From Podarcis tiliguerta (taxonomy: Eukaryota), in NCBI GenBank assembly GCA_965153285.1, contig OZ229111.1: a DNA stretch of 64,000 nt; one strand, written 5' to 3'. How positions within the stretch are numbered: the stretch's first letter is position 1; every line of letters starts with the position of its first letter. Shown one piece after another: positions 54,160 through 64,000 of the stretch. Position numbers and translations under genes: made by a program. Below the pieces are notes generated by a model, which had not been told where the DNA came from, made no database searches, and saw nothing but the letters and a program-made list of their open reading frames with translations.

Positions 54160-54347
54160 CTGAGCTTGAGGTTAAACCCCGGAATCTTCAGGTCAAATGA
54201 GTCTAAGTCTGTCCCTGTTTTCTCTCTTGCCTCCTTTAGGAGGTGGTTCTTTAAGCATCCTAGTCCTAAGCTATTTAGGACTTTAAAGGTAATAACCAGC
54301 ATTTTGAATCATACATGGAAATGAGCAAATAGTCAGTAAAGTTAGTA

Positions 54348-54611
54348 CAGTGGTGCCTCGCAAGACGAAATTAATTCGTTCTGCGAGTTTTTTCGTCTTG
54401 TGAATTTTTTCGTCTTGCGAAGCACCAATGTGTATTGACGGTTTCCCATAGGAATGCATTGGCGGTTTTTAAAAAAAGGCACAAGACGTTTTCGTCTTGC
54501 GAAGCAAGCCCATAGGGAAATCCGTCTTGCGAAGCAACTCAGAAAACGAAAAACTCTTTCGTCTTCCGAGTTTTTCGTCTTCCGAGGCATTCGTCTTGCG
54601 AGGTACCACTG
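54348..54611. mobile_element. Tc1/mariner MITE, family B
   Basis: TA|CAGTGGTGCCTCGCAAGACGAA...TTCGTCTTGCGAGGTACCACTG|TA, with repeated internal TCGTCTTGCGA motifs. Confidence 0.9.
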
Positions 54612-55547
54612 TATAGCAATGGGGTAATAAAATAGCAGCACCATGGAGCCATCCTCACAACACTGGCATTGCTGCAACATACCTAGACAGCAATGGGACA
54701 GGAGGGTGGTGAGTGGGGCTCCATGGAGGCACCAGCGGAGCCAGTCAGGTGCTCCTGTCAGTGTCTTCGCACAGCCCTGACCTGCCCCCATCACATCAGC
54801 CTCTGCTGCTCTTTCTAGGCTCAGTCTTTGATGGAGGCTAATGAGCACATATAGACAATTTGCCTTTTCTTTCTCTAAAGCCACACGGGACTGAGCCACA
54901 ATCATTTGTAGAGTATCCCCCTCCACTGTTCCCACTAAAGTAACAAGAGGTTGAAGGAAATCACCATGAACACTACAGAGCCGCTATACTCTTCACTGTG
55001 GTAATCTGATCAAGGCACGAGGTTGACGACAGCACAGCAGAAACCAGAACATAAGCCTGTAGCCAAGGGAACTTTCGTCATTTTCAGGAAATATATGATA
55101 TAGCCCAAGAACTTGTGGTGAGCTAGTTTGGTGTTGCCAAGAGATTGTTGTGCGCTTGCTATGCTTATGAAATTGTGTGAGGAAATTCACTTTATAGTAT
55201 TATTTGAGGACAAGGCTTGCTCTACTGATGTCCACTGAATCAGTCTGAAGCAGGTACATGAAAAAACAAGTTTCTTTTGTTGGTCACAAGGACACTTTTG
55301 GACCCCACAGCCAGTGAGCAAGGGAGTCATGATTGGTCACTAAAGCAGGGGTCTAACACAGATAAACAAGTACGCAGCCTGTTGTCAGATTTTCTAAAAG
55401 TGAAATTCACTTCAGACTGCAAACTTAAACTTTCTTGCTAAGAAGTAAGTCCCATAGTTCTAAGTTAATGTGTTTAGGATTGATCTATAAGAATAGCCCC
55501 TTTCAGAGAAGCCACTCACACATTCAACAAAGCTGTGAATTTCACTA

Positions 55548-55743
55548 CAGTGCCAGATTACCAAATAGGCAGAGTAGGCATCGGCCTATGGGCCTCACAC
55601 CTTTTAGGGGCCCCACGACAACGGATCGAAACAATACTGAAAGAAAATTACAAAAAACGTAATAGGATATAATTGGCATGGTCCGCCCCCCACCCTGAGC
55701 TTTCGACTACTTAGGGGCTTCCACAGGGTTTAATCCAGCACTG
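55548..55743. mobile_element. hAT-type MITE
   Basis: TIRs CAGTGCCAGATTA / TAATCCAGCACTG, 8-bp TSD TTTCACTA / CTTCACTA. Confidence 0.75.
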
Positions 55744-58097
55744 CTTCACTACCCTGGCTAACCATGCCCCCAACATTCCCTTCTGGTCACACCCAGCGTC
55801 CACACATTCAGCTGAACACATGTAAGGGGGCCTCTATAATGTGAAGCTCTATGTGCACTGAAGGTTCTCATGAATGCACAGTCTTTAAGGAGTTCACCAC
55901 TTCGTGTATGGAGGATAACCTCATGTGCTAATTATAAAAAGGGAGAAGTCACAAAAGCTACAATGCCAGAGTAATAATGGATCGGTTAAAGTGACTCTTG
56001 AACTTAAGGGGAAAGTTAGACATCTCAGGCTGGTGCACAGGGCTACACTTTCTCAAAACCATAAATTATTGCTTCTTACTGCAGCGAGGTCTGGGAAGAC
56101 TGGTCTTCAATTTATTCCTAAGTGGGACGCAGGAACAGATCCAAGATGTAAATATAGCTGCATTTCAAGGAAATAGATACCATAATGGTCAAAATCCAAA
56201 ATGTGTAGACAAGGAGACTCAAAGGGGTGGGGTGCGGGGGACATTCTACTTAACAGTTAACTTTCCACTCAAAGGGAACAATGCAAAAATGAGGACACTA
56301 ATTAGAAGACAATGCGAGGGAATAGTTTATAAGGGAATAAATCCCTCAGGAATGCACGAGTAGTGTTTATAAAGATCAATATGACCATATATAAATTCCA
56401 GACAGCAGAAAAAGGATACTGGAGTTCTTAAATAGTGCAGTAAAAGAAGCTATTAAAAGCAGACTTTAAAAGAAAAAAATCAAAGTCTATTCCAAATGAG
56501 GGCAGAAATCCTGGACATTTAGTGAAACAAGGCAAAGATGTGGAAACTCAAGGGATATTTTGAAAGTTTAGGAAAGATACCAAGAACAATGTGAAGAATG
56601 CATTTGAATGTAGAGACTTTGGTTTGATTTGTTTGTTCTATCCTCCCCATATATTTATGACTCAAGACGGATTATAGTATTTTGAAAAAATATTTTTTAT
56701 ACTCGGCTCCTTGCAAAATGTCATGAGCTACTTTTCATTTTTAAAAAAAAAAATATGTTGGCGCTTTATTTTATTTATTTGCATTTCATATTGAGCTTGT
56801 CCGTGAGCAATTCTGAATTATGCAATGTTTCCATATGAAACTTCAAAAAGCACATGCCTTCTCTGGAACTCCAACCAGCCCCATCAGCAGAACCCCTATG
56901 CAAGAGCTTCCACTTGTGCAATGGGCCTTGCTTTCTCAATTGGCTCTTGGAGGGATCAGGAGAACCCCCAGAACAGCACATGGTATGGTGGGAGGAGAGA
57001 GGAAATCATTCCATCTGGGAAGCTGGAATGCTTGTGGAGATGGAACAATCAGAAGAGAGCAACACTGAATTCAATCCCTTGAGTCTTGTACATGTGCACA
57101 AATGCTCACACAATCAGGCAATATGGCTCCACAGCACTGTATGCAAGGGAAGGGAGAAGAATCTTGAGAGAGGTTTGCATAAGCGAAATCCCCTCCCACT
57201 GCACCAACCTCTCCTGTTGCTAAGTCCATACCCTCTTCTACAGCTCCGCCCCACCTACTCAGTGTTGGTTCAAGGGGGAAAAACACATGGAAAGGAGAAT
57301 TCCCTGGATGGAAAGATCAAGTCTGCGGCAAGGACTCTTTGGTGAGAGAACCCCAACAAAGATTTCAAATCACAAAATATGCAGCAAAGTGCAGCAATAT
57401 TGGCTCTTAGACCTTTAAGATATGTTCTTGTGAGTTCCAAAACTTCTATCCTCTCTCAGCATAGGAAAAGAAGGCAGGTTTGGTAAGTTAAAAGTTGGTT
57501 TACTTACATGCTCTCCAAAGGTCCTGTTTGGGTGCTTTTCCATACATCAGTCAGAAAAGTTGTACCGGCAGTAAGATGTAGTTTAGTTCCAAAGTGGTGA
57601 AAGTTCCTAAATTATTGGTATAGGAACACAATAACGGCTTGTGAGCAACCAGCTTAGCCTCTTCACATGCTGAGTTTATCAGGTTGACTGAAGGAGAACC
57701 ATAAGCTTGATTACCTAGTTCCTCCCAAGGTGAGGGGAAGTGGACATAGCTAAGCCTTGCTGGATAGATTACTCTATGGTATTAACCCCTTCATGCATTA
57801 ATTAGGCTTAGCATGTTGGTTATATGAGGCTGGTTATCCCACACTCGGCATACTGGGAATATTAATATATCATTGAAGTGTTGCTTCCCTCCTAATTCAC
57901 AGACTAGCTTCAGCTAACGAGCATTTCCTTTGATGCAACTCTCCATGTAGCAACCCCTTCCAACTGGAGATGCACTGAGGGACAGCCCTGCCAGGTGCAG
58001 CTCATAGCATAAGCATTGTGAAGGAGAAGATGCAGCACCTGATGAAAAATCTCTCTCTGATGTAAGTCTTTTTAAAAAGTGGGTGGAAGTGGCATTT

Positions 58098-58220
58098 GAG
58101 CTGTGAATGGAACTCAGAGGCAGAGCATCTGCATTGCATGAAAAATGTCCCAGGTTCAATCCCAAAATTTATCCAGGTAGGCAAAGCTCTGGGGTGTCAC
58201 TACTAATCAGTGTAGACTAG
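58098..58220 (+). mobile_element. tRNA-derived squamate SINE fragment
   Basis: aactcagaggcagagcatctgcattgcatg...ccaggttcaatccc...atccaggtagg...cagtgtagac. Confidence 0.55.
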
Positions 58221-61164
58221 GGGTGACAGTGGAAGGTATCTGGATGGTTTGAAGCAAAGCTGGATGGAGTTGGGGCTCTCAATTGTTTAACAGTGACAAC
58301 AGAATAAATCCCACCCAACACACGCTAACTCTGAAATGAAGGTACAGGGAGAATCAGAAGTGGATATTTGGCTTGGAAGGACTGAGATCAAAAAACAACC
58401 CTGGATTGAGAATATGTTAATCCTAAATTAAAACCATTTCCACCTGACTGTAAAACACAAAATAGATCCCACAAGCCTAAAGTCTGTCCATCCCTACTGG
58501 AGAAAATATTGAGCTAGCTGAGCCAGTGTTCTAACATGGCATAAGACAGCTGCCTATATTCCTGTGATATGGTTTCTCCTTTTAAATATGATACTACGGC
58601 AACTATTCCTTTGGCCCATTTCTCCCCATGCCCAAGCAAAATATACTCTTCACATGTTCAGAGTGACTGTTTCCGTAAGCCCTTTGTTTTTGCAAAGTGT
58701 GTATGGGGGGAATTCAATCCATAAAGGAAGACCGGTCTTCTATTGCCCCTAAGCTCCAGCTGTGGAGGAGAACCTCTAAGTTTATCTGCCAGCATCCTTT
58801 ATTCCACCATCTGCCCGCAGGGTTTTCTGATTCTCTGGGCATGTTTTCCAGACTTGAAAAAATTAAAATAAATCCCTGTTTGGCATTCTGTTCCTGCCTT
58901 CTGGTCCTTATGGAAGAACTCCAAAGGAGTTGAAATGCTGTAACAAACAAAAACCAAAAACCAAGCAAGCTTCTTAAAAAAATGTACTCGTTTATTATGT
59001 AAAATTGTTGTGTCTGCCTATGACACCAAGTTCCAAACCATCTGCAGCCGGGGCCTTGCAGCCCCCACATACCACTGTCATTGCCGAGCCAATATCCTTC
59101 TCACAGGCAGACCCAGACCTGGGGTGACAGGACCATGACGGAAATCACTGAACTAGCATTCACACAAGCAGACGCCACCACCCGTATGCCTACTTATCTT
59201 CTTCCTTTCTTTGTAAGAGGAATTTGGGTTCTTTGCATCTCCGCCATTATTTAGTTTTCCTTTGTTCCTTATCCTTGCAGATATTATTTCTGCCCTTGTA
59301 AAACTTGCACAGTGCAGCTGAGAGAGGGAAGACTTCCATTTCTCATTTACGGATTGACAGATTTCCCCCCCACACACACACACTACTCCACCCGCTGAGA
59401 CATAAGACAGTCCCATGCCTGTGGTGGTTGGCAGACAACCCTCCTCCCTCTCAGACTTCCATAATGTGTTCCTCTCCCACCTCTGAGAATTCTGTAGACC
59501 ATGTCAAAAGCCTGTAGTACATTTCCCAGCTCAGGGGAAGTAGAGAGATATTAATTAATCCCAGGCTGCAGAGGAGTAGTGGCACAGCAACTGCTGCCTC
59601 TTGTTCCATTAATTCATTTCTGCTAATAAGTTAGAAGAAACGGAACATGGAATGAACACAAAGTTACCTCAGAGCCAATACACTTGTTATTTGTTGATTT
59701 ATCACCCTTCGCACAAAAGGCCACATAATAAGCAGACGTGCCCAATTATTCATAAATTATTTCAGTCACTGTTACCCTCTGGTTGCAATAGCTCTTGCCC
59801 CATCCAGAAAAATTAAAAACTAGTCATAGGCAGTTTTGGGGAGTTGTTTACAACTCCAAGATGACTTCCAGTGTATCGTTATTTATTTAGGCATACATAT
59901 TCTGCCCTCCAAGAAGGGTCCCAGGGCAGCTAACAATATCAAATTATCTGAAGGCAGCCCTGTTCCAGGAAGCTCTTAATGTTTGGTATTGTAGTTTTGT
60001 TTCTGCTATGAAAAGTGACACCAGGGTCGATTTCACCCCACTCATGTAGAAGTTTAAGCTGCAGGGGACCATACTAGGAAAAAGCCACACAAAATTCATG
60101 TTTGGATCTGGGATAGAGAGTGATACCTATAAAGATCTGTTGCAGAAGTTCTGCTTAAGGTTCTCTCAGGCTGGGTGAGAGTGTGGCCCGGGGCCTTCTC
60201 ACCTCTGGCCCCATTTGTGTAGAACTTCCTGCCTGGATAGACTTACCTTAACTTCTAGCCTGTAGACATTTAGGGAGAAAGGTACAGCTTCCTGTTTAAG
60301 TGGGCTTTTCACTGTCTTTTGGATTGCATGGTCTTTTGTTTCCATTTTTTATATAGCATTTGTATATAAGGTTGGTGTCAGTTTGTCTCCTGTTCTTAGT
60401 TGGTCACCAACACCACTAACAACTTTTATTATATGGTCACAGACCTGGTAAAACTCCGGTCAGTGTTCGCTTTGTATCATATTCATGATTCTTGGAAGTG
60501 CTCTGTAAATGTTTTGAAAACAGCTTAAGGTTTTGAGTATTGTTGTAATTGACTGCAAGTGACCTTGTTTTTATGGGAATGCAGGACCAAAACTAAACTG
60601 AACTAAAATGCTGTGCAATTATAAGGGTGTATCATGTTTTAAATACCAGAATACTATTGATGTGGGCTGCCAGGCAACCAGAATTTAACCAACCTACCCA
60701 GTTTTAAGGCATCTTCCCCACCCCTTGTATGGTGATTTTCCCACCCGTCTGGTTTCCCCCACATTTCTACATTGTTTAGAGATGTATGCCTGCATCGTGT
60801 ATGTGTAGTGGACAAGGAAAGGTGTAGAACTGGGTGTTTGAACATAGAGTAGCTTATGTGTGCAAAATTCAAATGACTTCTGCACTGTATTGATCACTGT
60901 CTGCTTCCTATTGAAAAGAAAAGTGCCTGAAGTGTGACAGAGCTGAGGAAGGTATGGTGGGAAGCAGGGGAGGTTCAGCACCTCTGCATCCCTTGTGATG
61001 AAGGACCAAGTATTTCCATCAACCCTAACCTTCGTACTTTATGAGGGTCAAGCACTTTGTCAGTTCTCCTCCTGGCTTCTGATTCTGCATCTGTTTCTGC
61101 AAATACTTGCAACCAGAAAAACTCACCTTTTTCCTCTGTACAAAGCAGTCCTTGATCCTTCTAG

Positions 61165-61320
61165 GAACATAGGACGCTGCCTTATATTCAGATCATTCGC
61201 CCATCTAGTGCAATACTGTTGACACTGACCAGCAGCGGCTCTTGGCTCTCCAGGATTTCAGACAAGGGACATTCCCATGTCCCAGTCTTATCTGGAGATG
61301 CCAGGGATTAAACCCATGGC
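61165..61320 (-). mobile_element. tRNA-derived squamate SINE (same family as 47950)
   Basis: gaacataggacgctgccttatattcagatcatt...ctggagatgccagggattaaaccc. Confidence 0.65.
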
Positions 61321-62059
61321 ATTTGGTTAGGGAACGCAGAAGCCTGTCTTTAACATGGTTTTTGTTTGTCCAAGAGAAAAGGGGATAGAAACGAGCTGCT
61401 TTGTAAAGCAGGGCAGGATCTTTTTTTCAAGCCTCCCACACCCTAAGATGGAAATCCAGTTACGCACAGTATTATAAGGTCAAACCCCTTCTAGTCAGCA
61501 CTCCTTTAAAACGAGGCCGTGCCTCCCCTTCTTTCAGGTACAAAACATTTCAGCCCCGTAATCCCACTCCGGATACCTCAGTCGCAGCCACCCGCCATAC
61601 TGCAGCATGGAAATGAGAGGCACAGCCGAGGGCGCCTCACTTTCAACCTCCTTCCAGGGAAGCCCTGGAGGACCCTTGCGCGACGGCTAGTTTGAGGTGT
61701 CGCCCAGGGCTGCTCTCTCCACCGTGTGCGAGGGCCGAGCCGTGGCCCGGACTGCAGAGACCACGTTATTCTAGCACTAAGGCCTGGCCCGGGTCCAGAC
61801 ACGTTTCCCCCAATCACCGCCGCCCCGTCAGCTGCCATGCCTTGCGAGAGGGGGCGGCGGCTTCGGCTGGATCCCAGCCTAGGCGATGCCTCTCGCCCCT
61901 CTCTCTGCCCAGCCCCTGCGTGTCTGGGCGGGTCCTGGCGGGAGTAGATGCCGCCCCCCGCCCTGCCCCGTCTCACTTCTCTCTTCCTTTCTGGCCGGCC
62001 CGGAGCCCTCGCTCGCAGCACCCGGCATTCCCCGCCCTACGCGCTCGTCTAGCAGGAGC

Positions 62060-62096
62060 ATGGCGCTCTCCCCGCGGCTCCGGCCGCTGGCCTTAG
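62060..62096 (+). CDS. First coding exon of an unidentified downstream gene (MALSPRLRPLAL|G), signal-peptide-like start; possibly an ADGRE/CD97-like adhesion GPCR
   Basis: Strong Kozak context AGCATGG inside the CpG island, 12 codons plus 1 nt, then a consensus donor TAG|GTGAGT (phase 1). Gene identity is inference only. Confidence 0.6.
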
Positions 62097-62309
62097 GTGA
62101 GTCCCTCGGGGAGCCCTGCGTGGCTTGGCCCCCACTAAGATCCGGCGAGGCTCGTGGCCGCCTCTCTGAACGCGTGCCCGGGGGTTTTGTGTAACTGCTA
62201 GGGCTCCACCTGCACCTCCCAGGGACTTGTTGCTGCTGCGGGGAGGCGAGACTCGGTTCTCGCTGTCTTGGGGTCTCGCTTCTCTTCGCCTCCGGAGGGG
62301 CTGTGTTAA

Positions 62310-62319
62310 GGGAAACTCC
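62310..62319 (+). promoter_or_regulatory. NF-kB consensus site in intron 1 of the downstream gene
   Basis: GGGAAACTCC matches GGGRNNYYCC. Confidence 0.35.
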
Positions 62320-63490
62320 CCGAAACTTCTCTCTTCGGCTGCGCTAACTCTGCGTTGGTTTGCAAATGCCGTTGCCGCCTTTTTTCTCTTTTACCCCCCA
62401 AGTGCATCGCCAAGGCACTTGGGAAATATAAATCCCGCGGTAGCAGCAGAAGCCAAAGGATTTCTTTCATTTCGCAAAGCAGGCTACCGTTGCTTTTTTA
62501 AAAACTGATATTCTCCAATAAGGAAAGTGACTTGGAGTCATCCCCCACCCCAGCACTTTACGCACATTGTCCCAGGAACAGTTGCAAAACCCCGGTGTTG
62601 TAAGCCTGCGCTACTATGACAGGGCACCATTAGACGCGTTTCTCGGGGGCCCGAGGGAGGCGTCGGGTTGAGCGGGACGCAGGCGAGATCCCCTGCTTTT
62701 GATCCCCTCCTCAGCCCTCGGCCCCGCTCTCCCAGCTTCCAGTCAGGAAGGAGAGCGGCCGCAGGTGTGTGTGGAAGAGAGAAAGCAGCGCGGGATCGCT
62801 GATTTTGGAGGGGATTCAGTGGTTGGGAAGGGCCTCGGTTCCCTGCCTCGTGAGGAGTGATAGAATCAGGGCCGGCCCTACCATTAGGCAGACTGCGGTG
62901 GCAGCTTTAAGCAGTGGATGGTGCTGAGATATTGGAAGATGGAGATGTGGGTGCTACTCCCTCGTGGCTGCTCAAACCAGCCTGCAGACCTGAATGTTGG
63001 TGGATGATGCTGTCTAATTACCACCTGGAAGTAAGAATCAGCTGCCAGCCCAGGGTTGCTTCCAGCTGAGCTGTTTATTGAGCAGGCATCCTGATTTGTT
63101 TGCACAAAGTTTGTGTGGAGGTTCTGCGACCTTGGCTGTTTATTGAGCATTTGATTTGAACTGTTTGTTTCATCAAGTAATTGCTATCCTGGTGTGTTTT
63201 CCCATTGCTTTCCTTATCACAAAAGTCTGGATTTTTTGTGGGAAGAGAAGTGGATTTGTTGTTTAAGAATTGAATCCCACCCAAAAACAACAGTCTGGAA
63301 GTGCCATTATTAATTTTTGTGCATTGAACTTGTCTGCCTCAGGCAGCAAAATGTCTTGGGCCATCTTTTGCAAAATGAGATCACTCCATGCATTGGGAAT
63401 GGGGGAGCAGGGTTGGGCCTTTCACCACCCATGTGCCTAACATGTTCTGGGCAGCTGTGAGAGGAAATCTCAGTATAGGCCAACATGTTA

Positions 63491-63710
63491 CAGTGGTACC
63501 TCGGGTTAAGAACTTAATTTGTTCTGGAGGTCTGTTCTTAATCTGAAACTGTTCTTAACCTGAAGCACCACTTTAGCTAATGGGGTCTCCTGCTGCACCG
63601 CCGCTGCATGATTTCTGTTCTCATCCTGAAGCAAAGTTCTTAACCCGAGGTAATACTTCTGGGTTAACGGAGTCTGTAACCTGAAGCATATGTAACCTGA
63701 GGTACCACTG
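63491..63710. mobile_element. Tc1/mariner MITE, family A
   Basis: TA|CAGTGGTACCTCGGGTTAAG...GAGGTACCACTG|TA, colinear with the 52137 copy. Confidence 0.9.
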
Positions 63711-64000
63711 TATTGTAAAGCTCTTCCATGCTACGAAGAATCTTGGGGCATTACTAATCCTCCCTTGTGTGGAGAAGTACAAGCCCTGAGATAAACACAT
63801 CATTCTTGAGGTGACATTATGCATGAGGAGGTTTTCTGACTCCCCCAACCTGGGTGTCCTCCCCTCAACCTCAAGCCACCATCAGCTGCTTTAGCTGATA
63901 TAAAGAAAGCTCTTGAAAAACATCTTAGGGGGCTGAGAGCTTAAGACAGAGTGGCTTGTGTATGCCTTGGCCAGGTGTGGGGAACCTTTTGTGCCCCCAG

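Larger units (their letters stand above)
61570..62880. promoter_or_regulatory. CpG island / promoter of the downstream gene
   Basis: Abrupt rise in GC and CpG content against a CpG-depleted background. Several GC boxes (ccgccc/gggcgg) at about 61820-62036. Contains an ATG exon with a consensus donor. Confidence 0.85.

Noticed and set aside
54360-54600. Regularly recurring TCGTCTTGCGA units resembling a CRISPR-like array
   Set aside because: The context is eukaryotic, the units are about 11 bp with irregular spacing, and they are bounded by TIRs and a TA duplication. They are internal MITE repeats.
54342-54935. 197-aa minus-strand ORF
   Set aside because: It runs through a non-autonomous MITE and has no transposase or other recognisable domain or splice support.
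56775-57345. Cluster of 70-160 aa ORFs
   Set aside because: No recognisable protein similarity or consistent splice signals.
61578-62508. Several overlapping 70-150 aa ORFs on both strands
   Set aside because: Expected stop-codon depletion in a GC-rich CpG island. Only the ATG exon with a consensus donor is supported.

Overview
This is vertebrate genomic DNA, most likely a lacertid lizard: it carries a full-length Sauria SINE plus squamate-type MITEs and Penelope-like hairpins. The + strand holds the 3' part of the adhesion GPCR gene ADGRL1 (latrophilin-1). I traced 20 coding exons from the 15-nt KVEQK microexon (5185-5199) to the PDZ-ligand stop (VTSL*, 33260). All have GT-AG boundaries and splice in frame (4055 coding nt in the window); the signal-peptide and lectin exons lie upstream. 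A long 3' UTR probably ends near 40170. About 21 kb of repeat-rich intergenic DNA follows, then a CpG island containing a short first coding exon (MALSPRLRPLAL|G) of a second + strand gene, possibly ADGRE/CD97-like. The most interesting signal is a cluster of phase-compatible alternative splice options for the ADGRL1 cytoplasmic tail: a stop-free short intron, a frameshifting alternative donor, a hidden cassette exon and an alternative last exon inside the 3' UTR. Together they mirror the tail-switching architecture of ADGRL2/ADGRL3, and each would remove the PDZ-binding motif. These options are predictions from sequence and need RNA-seq confirmation. Comparisons to ortholog and paralog proteins are from memory.
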